Notes: generated by a model from the sequence alone, not told the origin. Positions 1 through 58,116 are shown, counted from the first letter of the stretch. The stretch: 64,000 bases of DNA from Eledone cirrhosa (GCA_964016885.1 OZ024743.1:319982001-320046000), one strand, 5' to 3'. Program-made: numbers and translations.

Positions 1-166
1 ACATCTCTGTGTATGTTAGACTGACAGACAAGCACACAGACAGATGAACTGCGTGGCGATTTTGGAACGCCCCACGTACACATACATACACGCATGGAAA
101 CGCGCAAACGCACGCAAACTTACACACGCACCCGTGCACTTACACGCTCACACATGTTGATAGTTT

Positions 167-1241
167 TTACTTTCTGTGGAACGCTGCACGAACGCACACA
201 CACATAAACATACGCGCACGTACATACCCACGCACACATGGTAATAGTTACAGCGTTCGCTTTGCCTCTCTGTTTCTTACTCCCCCTCTCCCTCCCTCAT
301 TGGCATTATGCGTATTAATTTAAGTTTGGCGTCGTTGAGGTGAGCGGAGTCGTTTGAAACCTATGAACCAATGATAATCGAGAATTATGACACACGGAAT
401 ACTGACGTTGTTCAAATTAATATATACTAGCTGACGTACCCAGCTTCGCCCGGGTAAACAGATGATAAGAGAAGACAGGTAAAAGAGAAAATGACTGTAT
501 TGGATGTTTGTCTCGTTACAGTATGAGGCGAGTCCGTGGTGTCTGTGTGATACAAAAAACAGTAAAATAATCTTCCAGGTATACCAGATTCTTCGTTGTA
601 CCATTTGTGCATAGTATATGAACAATTCTAGGTGCTCCCACCTAGAATAGTGACGTCTAGGAGATGGTTCATCTTCTGCCTGACTGTAAAACGTGTATCA
701 TTGCATAGACGTGGTTGTTCCACGTTTCACAAAAGGATGATGGAAGTTCCAATCTTTTATATTATATGTAGATATAGATAAATAATATAAAAGATGATGC
801 TCAGCCAGTTCGTCTTCAACCATCGCAGCACGCCGTCGCTGCTTGGATCCAGTGTTTCGTTGGAGATGTGCATGGTGGCACGTCTTCGCCTCTGAAGTTC
901 GGCGTTCCGATGGCGCTGTTCGGCCCGTTTTTCTTCATTCCTGCACGCCGTCGCCGCTGTAGTTCACTGTTTGATAAAGTCGATTTGCTTTTACTTTCTG
1001 TGGAACGTTGCACGCACGCTCACACACATAAACATACGTGCACGTAAATACACACGCACACATGGTAATAGTTACAGCGTTCACTTTGCCTCTCTGTTTC
1101 TTACTCTCCCCTCTCACTCCATAATTGGCATTATGCATATTAATTTAAGTTTGGCGTCGTTGAAGTGGGCGGAGTCGTTTGAAATCTATGAATCAATGAT
1201 AATCGAGAATTATGACACACGGAATAATGACATTGTTGAAA

Positions 1242-1245
<4 letters not shown>
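167..1245 (+). repeat. Diverged direct repeat of about 255 bp (167-420 and 991-1245)
   Basis: Both copies run from ttactttctgtggaacg through ggtaatagttacagcgttc to aaattaa, followed by (TA)n. Confidence 0.8.
427..778 (-). mobile_element. Non-autonomous Helitron
   Basis: Minus strand begins TCTATATCTACATATAATATAAAAG and ends in an imperfect GC-rich hairpin (tacccgggcgaagctgggta) plus CTAG. Inserted between A and T. Confidence 0.65.
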
Positions 1246-1340
<95 letters not shown>

Positions 1341-1791
1341 CTGTGTGGAATGAAAGTCCAATCAAATTAGTGGACTGGTACCAATAGACTAAACGAACCT
1401 TAAATATTATGTCACAGCATGACTGCAGCCTCCTGACTGCTACCAGCGAAGAAATACAAATATATACACTTATTTTAGATGTTGCTCAAATGTTTTTCTT
1501 TTAAACTTTCAATAAACATTTACATTTTCTAAATGTAGACATTTTGAAATATTTAAAAAGTGAAAACATCATATTTCAAATGTATTTCCTCTTAGTTTTA
1601 TTCGTTTTTGTTGTTGTTGCTGTTGGTATACTATTTAATGACACTCGTATGAAAATATATAGCTTCTCTTATGAACTTTTGTATCATAGTTGATTTAAAG
1701 TTAGTTTTTGTTTTTGAAAACTTTACCATTGGTTACATTTCAATCATTTCAATCATATATTGATTATGTTTCTCTACTTTTATGGGGACAG

Positions 1792-45271
<43,480 letters not shown>

Positions 45272-46896
45272 TATAACTGATTTTCTCCTTCGGAACAAAA
45301 TATTAAACTGCTGACTTAGAAAGTCTATTGGCAGATTCTCACAAATATATGGGCACACTTCCACCTACACAAACATACCTACGCAAACACACACGCACAA
45401 ACATAATACATGCACACACATATACATATATATGCATGTATATATATGTATATTGCTTATAAATAAAGTACTGTAGCATTTGAACTTTGGTTTTAGACTA
45501 TTTATTCTTCTTACTATTTTCATTTACATATTGATTAGATTGATAGGCTATGTGGTTGCTATTTGTACCTTTACTCATGGTGTGTGTTGTCAGGAGTTGG
45601 TGGCCAATAGTCTAACTGGCAAGGCACGTTTGAGATACTGCCAAAATATCAGTGTTGGAAATATCCAAGGTAAGTAGTTAGCAAGATCCTAGGGCTCCAA
45701 AAGCAGGAAACATGGACGAAATGAATCGGTATCGTGTTTTGCATAATTAGCTATTACCTACAGGTAAACGTCCTTTGCATCCAATTCCTTGTCCATAGAA
45801 TGTCCTAAGGCGCCTGGTTAATTTTCTCACGTGGGGAAAGAAGAAAACACTTGCGTACCCGCTCTATTCTACAGGGGGATCTTTGGAACATTTACACAGC
45901 ATCTGCCCCGAAAGGCCATCACCAAATGCTTAATGTTATTGTTGGAACCATAGCCACTGTCCTCCGTGCCAGAAAACAGTGTCATACCTAAAGGAAATCA
46001 TTTAGATTTGTCAAAATCGGTGAGAAACCTTACCATAACGAAGAACAATGACGAATGTCCAAGTTTCATTGAGTAACACACACTAATAATTTGATGACTA
46101 CTAGAGAAGCAATTGACACAGCTATAAACGTTATAAAGGACAAGATGGGTTTATACGTTTATTTTTGTTCTTTGCAAGGAAGAAGCCCATGGAAAAGCAG
46201 GAAAGATGAGGTATCATATAGGACGGAATTTGTGCAAAAATAAAGGCAAATTTAAATTCCAACAGGACAGTGTATAATACATAGATCAACAGAACGAGAT
46301 GTAGCAAAACTTGAACATGGTGAGACATATGAGGAACCCTGGTAGGAACCAACAGACCCCAGTACCTCTACCCATCACGGTAACTTGAACCTTCCAGTAT
46401 AGTTCATCAACAACAGGCCAAGTGGTACCAGCCCACAAGTTATACAGAAGTCACAGCCAAATTCATACAATGGAAGCCAGCATAGAAAGGTTTACCGCTA
46501 AAGCAGTGTTTCTCAACCTTTTTGACCCCCGGGCTCACTTTTAGCTCCCGAAAAATGTCCGGGTCCACTTATTTTACAAGCGTAAACTAGTGATCAAAAA
46601 CTATTTCGGACTATAACCCCCACATGATATATATATGCTTCTCAATCTTTTTATTGTCCCGGCCCACTTTACTCCCTAGAAATTGCGAGAGTCAGTGCTC
46701 AAAAAGCATTCTGGAACACTTACCACCATATGATCCCGACTGCATTTAAATTTCACGAGTGAAAAACACGAATTCTTGATAAAAAGTCAATAAAAAATAA
46801 GAAACAATTTAATGGTCGTTTTAGCAATGCTCAAATGCTCAGTGCTAGTGGCTGCACTGCACCTGATGTCTTTCAACAAGACTGTCGATTTGGACT

Positions 46897-48675
46897 TCAA
46901 AGGATTGGTTCAATTTGAGCCGCAAATGCTCCCCGGTTGATGGTTTGAAGAAGGTTTCTTTTTCTCAAAAAAATATCATTTAGCGTGGAAAAACCAGATT
47001 CAGCAAGCCACGTTGTAGGAAAAGAGAGAATAAAAGGAAAGGCTTGATCATAAAGGTTTGGAAATATTTTTTCCACATTAAGCCAGCCGAGAAGGCCCTC
47101 GCGTTCCATTTTCCCTATCAATAGCGCATTCTCTTTGAGTTCCAGCAAGTCGACTGCAAGATTAGGATCCAGAGTTTCGTCGCTAATAACATCAACGTTT
47201 TGAATGTCCAACAGCCACTGCGGGGTCTTCATGTCCAGTATATCATGAAAACGTCGTTTGAAATCAGTTTGCAAATTTCTTATGTGGTCGACGCAGCTGA
47301 TCAAAACGGCGTCAGAAGGTGTGGTTTGGGAGAGATTTGGAAAGCATGCGAATTCTCGTCTCTGCAGATGATTGGACCATAAACTATGCTTAGAGATGAC
47401 GGATCGAATTTTTTCCGTACAATACACTATTGTAGTCGCACGGCCTTGAAGGGTCTTGTTTAATGAACTAATGTGTGCAAAAATATCAGACAGATAAAAA
47501 ATGTTGGTCTTGGTATCGTTGTGGCTTAATTTTTCGACTAGGAGGCCTGCTCTTTCTCGTTGAATTCGTCTGCATGCCTCAGTCACCATTCGCTGTATGA
47601 ATAGAAAATGCGGATCCCATAATTTTACGAGACGATTTAGCGAGTTTCCCTTGGAAAGCCAGCGGTATGTAAAACCTCGGTATGTAAAAGAAGTGCACGA
47701 TGTTCTTCATTTTCACACAGTTCTGAAAACAATCGTTCGTAGACACCATTCGCTTTTACGAAGTTAATGCTTGAAATAGCAACTTGAAGTGCATGCTCCA
47801 TGTCGCTACTTAGGCATTTGGCTGCAAGGTGTTGATGGTGAATGATGCAGTGTATGGATAAGACGTGCGGTGCGACTTTCTTAAGTTTTGCAATGAATCC
47901 ATTATGTACACCCGTCATAGCATTTGCACCGTCTGTGGCAATCTGAAGTAGATTAGAAAGTGGGATGTTTTTTTCTTCAAAATATTCATACACTGATGCA
48001 AAAATGGATTCGCTTTTTGTGTCTTTCAATGATTTCATAAAAAGCATTTCTTCACGAATACACGTTCCCTCAATGAACCGAACATAAGCAAGAAGAAATG
48101 CACAGTTATGAAGAGTCGTTTCATCAATTTTGAGAGAAAATTTGAGTACTCGAAGCTTCTCCACCAGCTGATTTTCAATATCTGTTGCCATTTCATCCTG
48201 TCTGCGTTTGATTGTATCGTTGGAAAGTGGAATTTTCGATAAAATATTGGCGGATTCTTCTCCCAGCATTTCCTTTGCACACGCAAGCATGGCCGGTTTT
48301 ACCAGGAGTTCGGCGATCGTGTGAGGTTTACATACCTTTGCGAGCATTTCACTTACGATATAACTTGATTTAAGTGCCTTTTTATTAACATCGTTCTTTT
48401 TTCGCATGAACATCTGCATCGGAAGTTGTGACTTTCTTCTGTGTGTTTCCAACTTATTCTTAAAATATTCAACACTTCTTCCAACGGACGTCGGGTGTGC
48501 AGCTTTTTGATGCGGTAATAACTTTGACTTCTTCATGGAATCATTTGTCATTAATTTTCCACACTCCACACATTCGGGCCTATCGGAATCGATTTCTGAT
48601 GGTGCAAAAGCCGAGATGTAGAAAGTCTGCATTATAGCTCCTAGTAAACGGTCGTTTGGTAGAATTCGATGACAT
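46897..48675 (-). pseudogene. Buster-type hAT transposase pseudogene
   Basis: ATG at 48675 (MSSNSTKRPFTRSYNADFLHLGF), BED-like CVEC..H, DET, TDGANAM, HCIIH, RWLSKG and ESGFS. Frameshifts at about 48605 and 47665 (8-nt ttacatac insertion). Putative 5' intron 48680-49213. Confidence 0.9.
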
Positions 48676-49250
48676 GATCCTGACAAAATTAGATAAAACT
48701 AAAACAAAAGAAAACGGCAAAAAGTTGAGTACGGCAAAAAGGCTGGTAGTTGTTAGATATCATGGCAAATTAACAATTTGGTTTTGCGAGCCCTTTTCAT
48801 GTATGTCATATTGTTTAAGCAGCCGGGTGGTTCAAAGCAGGCTCAATCTGAACGAATCATTTTATTCTGAAGATATAAGTGCTTTATCACGCAATGTAGA
48901 CAACTTGGCCAACAAAAGCGTTGACGGACCAAATTTTATTTATGGAACTGTGATTCTAGACGCGATTACCCCGTACCAAAAAGCTATATAAATTGCTTAA
49001 AAAGGTACAAATTAATGTAATAGCATATTCTTTCTTTGTAAAATGCATTTTTACTAATAGTGTACATACGTTTGGCCCACTCTGTATGTTGCCTTAATGA
49101 CATTAAAAATGTGGAACAACTTTATTATACAAGAAAAAAGTCATTGTTCGCTTTTAACATAAAGAATAACAATAAAAAGGTTGGAAATTGTTTATAGAAA
49201 ACAGCATACTCACCTAGTAAAGACTGCAAAACAGATCCACAAGACAAAAT

Positions 49251-49619
49251 GGGTGCAGAATTAATTTCGCCACTGAATTAATTTCGCCACTGAAATAATT
49301 TCGCCACTGAAATAATTTCGCTCGGTGAACCCCAAACAAAGTTACTCCCCTTGTTTATAGCCGCAAAGTGACTAAATATTAAAACAAATGTAATATATTT
49401 TTTAGGGTTAGGGTTAGGGTTATGGTTGGGTTAGGGTTGGATTAGGGTTAGGGTTATTTTTTAGGGTTAGGTTGGGTTAGGGTTAGGGTTCAATTAACCC
49501 TAACCCTAAAAAATAGCCCTAACCGTAAATATATTACATTTGTTTTAGTCACTTTACTGATATAAACAACGGGAGTAACTTTCGTTGGGGTTCACCGGGC
49601 GAAATTAATTCAGTAACCC
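49251..49619. mobile_element. Fold-back MITE with internal (TTAGGG)n/(CCCTAA)n and 10-bp TSD (Mutator-like)
   Basis: Long imperfect TIRs starting GGGT..gaattaatttcgc. TSD aagacaaaat (49241-49250) / aagacgaaat (49620-49629). Confidence 0.8.
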
Positions 49620-50449
49620 AAGACGAAATGTAAAAACCTCAACTCAATTTCATTTCTATTGCACCCACATTTATAGCGTTCGAGATTTCAGGAACAGACA
49701 GGACTTGAGTACGCACAGGTGTGCATGAATGTGCAAGAACGTACACATATGCAGGTATCGGCGTTATTGCACCCCAAACAATGCAGGTCAGCTTAAGTCA
49801 TGTGATTTTATCACAGAACATTCAGACTTAAAAAAGAGTTTGTTATTTTGTGTGATCTTAAGTTCCAAGAAAGTTGAAAAAATTTCCAGGCCCATGAAAT
49901 TTCTCCGGGCCCACTCAAAATTGTCCCGGGCTCACTGAGTGGGCCCTTGGCCCACCGTTGCAAACCACTCCTCTAAAGGTTTGACTACGTTGAAAAATAT
50001 AACGCCAAGCCCAGAGCGTAACTCAAATTCAAGGCTCCGAAACATTCTAGCGAGAAGGCTTAGGACACTTTGTAACGCAGATGGAGAGAGATTGAAAGTG
50101 TGTGGGAGAGAGTGAGAGTGAGATATGAAAAAGATAGAAAGTGAGAGTGAGAGAGAAGAAGGATTCAAGAGGCGAACTACGTTCATTGTCAATCTTATTG
50201 CTTTTAACAAGTAATTGGAAACAGACGAAATGGTCGTCTCATGTGCTCTAGAGAAGAAACAAATCATGTCCCCCGTGCTACCCTGAGTGATCCCTTGAGT
50301 TGGCAGGCATTTAAACCTAAGAAAATTCTCATACACCTATTTCCTTAACAAAAGATTTCAATATGCGGGATCCGAGTCTGAATGAGGTGGAATGATTCAT
50401 CAAGAGGGTACATTCAGCCTTCGCCATAAGCCCGTGGTATAGCCTACGT

Positions 50450-50660
50450 TGTTTACAAGTGTTGGTCAGAACTACTCAAACACTTATGGAAAACCTTGAA
50501 GGTGATATTGCAGAAAGCGAGAGTATCGTGGCAATGGCGGCTGATTAAATGAGTTCCGCACACCTAAGTGGCAACACTATTGTTCTAGGATTGGATCTAG
50601 CTAATGCATATGGGCCATTACAACACATACTACTTGAGCTTATAATGCATAACTACCATT
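50450..50660 (+). mobile_element. Highly degenerate RT fragment (HERO/NeSL-like)
   Basis: LDLANAYGPLQHILLEL resembles the WLDLANAYGSIPH RT motif. Confidence 0.45.
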
Positions 50661-51359
50661 GCAAAGCACAACCCTGTTTCAAATAAGATCACACAGCAGA
50701 TCTTCGAATACTACATTCATTTTAAGTAAAGGGTCATTTCTGAGTCAGTAATTATAAACAAGTACCGATTTTAGCAAGGAACTATAGCATGCTGTCCCAT
50801 CTCAGTTGTTCAATTTGCTTTTGCCATTAGCATAGTGGTCATGCCAATCGAAGTGGAGAACAGAATTCTTCTGGCCAAGTAAGGAGTATGTCAGATTGTT
50901 AGAACATTTATGGATGAGCTGACCATCATAACATGCTCGGTTTAAAACAATAGGTGAATTCTGCAGGCTCTTGAGAAGCTCATCACAAAGACAAGTTTGT
51001 TTATGGCAGAAAGGTTTGTTTATAGCATTTAAGAGCAACTAATCAGGATTTTGAGGGAAGATTTCTTTTTATTTAACACTAACAGACTTTGTGACTATTA
51101 AATTGTTAGGAAAGGCCTTGAATATTGAGTTAAAAGGATTGTAGAATCAGGCCTGTCTGGAAGATAATTTAAGATCTAGTTTTACTAACATTACAATCTG
51201 CTCCGTGTCAGATAGCTTCTGTTTATTTACATATCTCCCTTTAACAACATTGATGTTCCTTGAATGGGATATCTGCAGGCTTCCATGCAGTTAGCTGGGC
51301 TTTCTACACAGCATCAGTTGGCACATACAAGAAAAATACTGTAATCTTTAGCTTCTAGG

Positions 51360-52140
51360 ACCGAGCGCATGATACTGAACGGCTGTGACATGACCGTTCA
51401 CCTTCACAACTGAGCAGATGTCGCTGTGCATCGCAGCGATCCAACCCCTGAAAATGGGCACGAAACCAGTCGCATGGAGGACCGCCGCCAGGTACCGATG
51501 GTCGACCCTTAGATTGATCTAAGTTGATCAGGGCCCCACCCGTGCCAGGTTACTTAACCACCCTCTCTATAATGTATCGCATGTGGTGGAGGTTGTCGTG
51601 GATAGATATGTGTGGAATGGCGCATGTCTGTGCATTTCCTACCAGATTACCGACGACATGCGCCAATCTCGTTGCCAGCACCTTGGCTAAAATTCTTGAA
51701 ATCTTGAAATCTGAAGTTGTCTATAACATCCCCTTTGTTCGGGTCTTTTCTCAACAGCGCCGCCGATTCGCGGCTCACAAAACTGGGAATGCTCCCGTTC
51801 TGCTGCCAGTTGCTGTAGACGTCTACAAAGAGGTCGCCGAACAAGTCTGGCATGTACGCATAAAGCTCGTAGGGCAGACCATCCACCCCTCGGGCAGTCA
51901 GACATCGCTTCCCGTATTTCACCTGCTGTTATCGGCTTTTCTCAATACTGCACTGCGGTCGTCGAGGCTGCGGCAGTCCCTCGGCGTATGCAGTGAAGTT
52001 CATACTCCGATCCGGCCCGCCGCCGCTCCCAAACAGTTGAGCAAAGCGCTGCTGAAAAGCCTCACACATCTGCTCGGGTTCGAGTAACATGTACCCGTTT
52101 TGGTCAGCCAAGAATTGAATTGTGGCTTTGTTGCCACGTC
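51360..52140 (-). mobile_element. Tx1/L1-clade LINE RT fragment
   Basis: GVDGLPYELY...LLRKDPNKGD..NFR, DFKILAKVLATRL, QTCAIP..SIHDNL and LINLDQ motifs, with frameshifts. Confidence 0.8.
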
Positions 52141-52149
52141 TAGAAAGAG

Positions 52150-53700
52150 TTTCTAGAGTCTCAGCTAATAAAAATATATTTGATAACAAAGCTGAATACT
52201 ATAACGACGCTTTACACTGAGCTGGATACACTAATACATTGAACTATATAGACAGAAATATTAAAAACCCACATGCTAAAGTATATTGTAAAAAAACGAA
52301 AATAAACCACCTAACCAAAATAGTAAACCATATCAGAAAGCCAGAACCCGTTCTATAATTTGATATTCACCTCCAATATCTTTAGGAATTAAGACATCTT
52401 TAACACACCAATTCTTTAGGGCTCTAGATGAATGTTTTCCTAAATCCCACAAATACCATTCCATTTTTAACAGACATACATTCAAGCTCTCTTACTATGA
52501 ATCTAACCCAGAATATAGCAAAAATTAATAATAGAAATATAAAAATAAACCAAACTGAAATAAACCAAAATAGCAATAATAATATAATTAATAACATTAG
52601 CTATAATAATAATAACGTATACCTTAATAATTGTTTCTACTTTTGGCACAAGGCCAGTACATACCCAGTACATTACTGGTACTTTATTTTATCGACCCCG
52701 TAATGATGAAAGGCAAAGTTAACCACGGCGGGATTTGAACTCAGAATGGCAAGGGCCGTAACCCTATGCGTCAAAACATGGCGTCCGATCTTCTACTGCC
52801 AATCCACCGCTGTATACCTTAATAATGATACTACATCTTCAAATAATATGAGAAAATGTAATTGCAGAAATAATATCTCATGCCCACTCATTGCTTAGAT
52901 ACTAATTTAGTATATAAATGCACGATGAAAACTAACGATAAACTGTATAATTATATAGGTGCCACTTAATCAAAATTTAAAGACGCTGATATAATCACAA
53001 AGATACTTTCGAACGCCCTGATAAGAAATTCTCAACTTCACTGTCTCAACTAATTTGGTCTTTAAAAGACAATAACATTAAGTATTCAATCTCTTTGAAT
53101 AAAATCAGGTTGGTCCAGTATACCAAAATTCTTCAATTTCGAAAATTTGTCAGCTTTGTACCGAAGAAATCTTTCATATAATTACCAATCCTGGTAATAT
53201 TATTGACAAAAAGAAAGAATATTTAATTCTTGTTTGCATAAATTTTCCAAAAACCTTTCATAATCTCTATAAATGCTCTTTAACCACTTAACCAATTATA
53301 TGATGCTCTGAAATCTGATGTAAGTTGTGTATTTACAATATAAATAATATAATAATAATTATAAAACCTAATAAATCGAAGCATATCTTATTCAATGTTT
53401 ATCGAAAACTAACCTTGAATGCAATACTTGTAACCTTATAAAACTTCAGTCTGCCAATACTGGAATTGAACCATCAAGACAGTTGAAGTATGTCACACAT
53501 CAATTCATGTATTTTATCTGACGAGGACGTACTGAAAAAACAGACAGTACCTCCGAAATATATATAATAAAAAATATATTTTGATTATGTGAACGTCTTC
53601 ATTTATTAATATTTTGAATAATATAAATAACTTCAGAAACGTCCTTGTAGAGTGCTTTTAATCTATTGTAAAACTATATTCATTGAGTAATCAATGAACC
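52150..53700 (+). mobile_element. Degenerate Penelope-like 3' remnant with hammerhead
   Basis: RKCNCRNNISCPL, CLDTNLVYKC...YIGAT and ICQLCTEE. Interrupted by a SINE. Confidence 0.75.
53512..53572 (+). ncRNA. Minimal type-I hammerhead ribozyme
   Basis: uuuuau CUGACGA gga-c-guacug...caguac-cucc GAAA uauaua UA|auaaaa. Confidence 0.7.
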
Positions 53701-53714
53701 ATATTAATCTTTGG

Positions 53715-54183
<469 letters not shown>

Positions 54184-54275
54184 TACACTACTCCGGAGTA
54201 ACCAAACCAACCTGCGCACTTCGTCGAGTGCTCCAGCCTGCATACTGAGGTGTTGGTATACAACCAACATAAACT

Positions 54276-54317
<42 letters not shown>

Positions 54318-54393
54318 CGAAGGAAATGTGGTAAGGAACCAGGTGGACCATAACGCACCAAAGTACTCAATACTTGAGGTAGTAGAGTGGGTA

Positions 54394-54517
54394 ATAGGAA
54401 CCAGTAAGACCCCGACAGCTGAGCTCAAGCCGTTTCGACGGCTAATTCTGGACTCTGGACTCGTCCAGAATTAGCCGTCGAAACGGCTTGAGCTCAGCTG
54501 TCGGGGTCTTACTGGTT

Positions 54518-54522
<5 letters not shown>
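54394..54522. repeat. Perfect palindrome, 60-bp arms, 9-nt loop
   Basis: 54394-54453 is the exact reverse complement of 54463-54522. A related single copy is at about 9938-9990. Confidence 0.93.
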
Positions 54523-54553
<31 letters not shown>

Positions 54554-54582
54554 TTATGTAATAAACAACATAAGATAATTAT

Positions 54583-54643
54583 TTCATATACCAGTGGTTT
54601 CTTAAAGGCAGTTGTTGTGTCTGTCTTCAGTCGTCAGAATGAA
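54583..54643 (-). ncRNA. Degenerate hammerhead ribozyme
   Basis: uucauu CUGACGA cugaag..cuuuaa GAAA ccacugg UA|uaugaa. Mismatches at the stem-closing pairs. Confidence 0.5.
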
Positions 54644-55049
54644 TAAATAACATGGTGTTTCTATTAAATATGGATTTGTAAACAAAATTTAGGAAATATG
54701 AAAGTGAGCCTGAAAAACAAAACGGGCAAAAAGGAAATAGGGGAAAAAATATAAAAAATATATATAAAAAAATAAATATGCAGAACATAAACATACATAC
54801 ACAAATATATACACAGATATATATGCACTCAAAAATGTACACACAAATACACATATAAAAAGGGAGAGTACACACACATATAAACATACATACAAACACA
54901 AAAACACATAAACAAAAAGCTCTATACGAACGTGTATATACACATACACACATATATCTATATCTATATATATATATACACACACACACACACGTACGCA
55001 TACATACCCATACACACGTATATACAAGCATACACACACACTCATACAC

Positions 55050-55092
<43 letters not shown>

Positions 55093-55095
55093 CGT

Positions 55096-55174
<79 letters not shown>

Positions 55175-55299
55175 CACATACATACACATACATGCACTAG
55201 CACGTATCAATATGTGCGAGTAATTTGGAAGTAGTGTAGAAACAGAAATAACTAACTAAATAAATAAGAACAAAAAATAAAAAATAAAATATATATATA

Positions 55300-57873
55300 T
55301 ATATATATGTGAGAAATTCAAAATCAAAATCAAAATCAAAATAAAATCAAAAAGGGAACGTGTTGACAACGAAAGGTGTGAGTGTGTGGGGGAGGGGGGG
55401 ATAAATAAAAACAACTTAAAAATAAACAAATACACACGATATGCATATATACAGATATATATATACATATAATAAAGAGGAATTAAAAGATGGTTAAAAG
55501 AGTTCCATATATTTTACTATGCGTATTTCCAATACAAAATTATCCTGGGACAAAAATTGTGTTCTCATCAGATAAAATAAGGTAACATGATAAGAGACAT
55601 AATAGCACTTGTTTACAGGAAAGTGCTAAGTCTACATATGACAGAAATATAAGTACTAAAACTATAGTAAGAAATAGATAGGAAAATAGAAGAAAGGAAA
55701 GAAGAGGAGAAAAAAGAAAAGGAAGAGAAGAAAAGAAAGGAAAATAAGAAGAAAAAAGGAAGAAAGAGAAAGAGAGAGAGATATATATATTTTGATCAGG
55801 AACGCTGTTAAAATGGAAACAGCTGGAAATAGCGGTTAAAAAGTAAATATGTGCGAATATTATAGACGGTATTCAAATGTTAGGGGCCTAAATATAGAAA
55901 CTGGGTATATTATTTTATATTGGGTTTAAATACTAAAAATTGGATTAAGAAGTGTAAAAATGTATTAATAAAATAAAATAAAATAAAACAAATATAAAAA
56001 AAGGGATTTTCATAAAATAAAATAGAAATAAAAATCGTCTATCTATGCCAAAATTAAAAATTTCTAGTAAAAATATATATATATGCGGGGTATACTATTT
56101 AATTTTTATTTTATATCAACAAGTAAATAAAGGAAATTGCCAGAAAGATTTATAAACGTAGAAAAACATATAACGTCATAATTTGTTTACAAAATCTACG
56201 AAGGTTTGAGCGAAAATCTGAGGCTATAGAAAAAAAGATCAAACCAAATTCATACATTGTAGAATATAATTAAAGATGTGTAAAGATAACCATGACACAT
56301 GGCATATGTTAAAGGACATCAGCTGTATACTTTGTGAAAGGTCTTGTAGGATTTATGGTTACAAAGTCCAAATAAATCGGTTCTTCGATTTATTATTGTG
56401 TTGAAATTGGAGATAATGGTAAATTTTTCAACTAGACATAAATTACAAACACTAGATATGGAAGCATTGGAGTATGAAGATGCGTTGTAGACTTTACGCC
56501 AAGAAATTTTGTAATTTATCTTTTTGTCTTTTAAGGATCAAATAAGTTCTGAGAATGCGGTGCTGGTCCTTTTAAGTGGAGATTTAAATGTAGAAGAATG
56601 ATTATAGAATCTTGCTTTAAAGGAGGTAGACGTAGAGCCAATGTAGGTATAGGGGTTGGTACTAGTTACCACTTTACTAGGTTTTTATCGAGACAGAAAT
56701 TACTAAGTGGACAATTAGTTCTAATAGGGCATTTGCATTTACGATTAATATTATTTACAGAGTCATTTGAAAGTGGCCCAGGATTAATTATATTAGGAAC
56801 TGGAGTGGTGGAATTAACTAAAGGAGGTGCTAAAGTTTCCAGACTTACATTACTATTTGATGCATTCCTCAAAATTACGTTTGGCGTCGTATTTATACTT
56901 GTGTTATTTTGCCTAGAGTTTACATTGACGTCGGCCCTTATAGTGTTATTATTATGACTTTCATGGTTGGATGCATATGAGTATTATTTAATATTTTAGA
57001 ATTACGTCTTGAGATAATTTTGGAAATGTTCGAAGTAGTAGAACACGAGAATTTAATAGTATGCCTATTGAAAATCTTGCTATATATATGTTAAGTAGGG
57101 AAGCTGTTACGTAAAGCCCTAAAAAATAATTTAGGGATATTATTAATAACGGAAAGACAGAAGGGAGCGTTGTACCAAATGATACTTTTATATGTAGGTC
57201 TCCTTCTTTTGTTAGCAGTGTGATTATTACTAGCTGCATTACTAGAGTTATTATAAGCTCTGCCAGGGTTAAGATGTTTAGTATACCTAATTTTGTCTAG
57301 ATATCCAGCCCTAGATAAGACATTATTATAATAGTTGGCATTGACTTTGAAGATATCTTTATTAGAGGGTAAATTAGAAATTCTTTTTTCTACACTTTTG
57401 ACTATAGCAGTTTTAACATTAATAGGGTGGTTAGATTTAAAGTTAACGTAATTTAAGTTCTCATTATCCTTATGATATGGGTAATATAGGCCGGTATCTA
57501 AATTAAGGGATATATCAAGTGAATTTGCTAGTTTAAATTCTCGAATTCAATTTTTAAGTTAAGATGCTTAAATACATCAAGTATGTTTTTCTTAATTATA
57601 TTGAAGTTTACATTGTTACAATTAGAGACAGTAAAAAGAGTATCATCACGATAAATCCCACCACGAAGTTGAGGAATTTTCCGGTTTAAAGAATTCAAGA
57701 TGAAAATTCCAACTAAGTCGGTCAGTTGAGCTGAATCCGTCGAACCCATGGTGATGTCGAAATTGTTGGAAGTATCCGCTCTTGTCCAGTATTCATTGTT
57801 AAATTCCAAGATGGTTTTCCTAGCGGTGAGAATGATGTTTATTTGTTCACTAGTGATGTCCGCATATTTTAAC
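55300..57873 (-). mobile_element. Degenerate Penelope-like element related to the 18-24 kb element
   Basis: [43 protein letters not shown] and CKCPIRTNCPLSNFCLDKNLV. Many frameshifts. Confidence 0.85.
55510..55579 (-). ncRNA. Degenerate hammerhead ribozyme downstream of a Penelope remnant
   Basis: uauuuuau CUGAUGA gaacacaa...uuguauug GAAA uacgca UA|guaaaaua. Confidence 0.55.
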
Positions 57874-57899
57874 GCATATATATATATATATATATACAT

Positions 57900-57992
<93 letters not shown>

Positions 57993-58116
57993 CATATACA
58001 TGTATATATACCTATACAGACATACAAACCAACACGCATATATGTATATATATATGAAATAAATATACATACACACACATATATATATATGCATACATAT
58101 ATATATATACATATAT

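Larger units (their letters stand above)
46504..49970 (-). mobile_element. hAT (Buster/Charlie-type) DNA transposon, full-length but decayed
   Basis: TIRs cagtgtttctcaac / gttgcaaaccactc. 8-bp TSD cgcTAaag / ctcTAaag. Subterminal gggc(t/c)cact repeats. Confidence 0.92.

Noticed and set aside
49257-49322. CRISPR-like short repeats
   Set aside because: Contiguous 17-bp tandem units with no spacers, in a eukaryotic context with no cas genes.
49400-49525. Ancient telomere-telomere fusion site
   Set aside because: The repeats sit inside TIRs with a TSD, nested in a hAT element, so they are part of a MITE.
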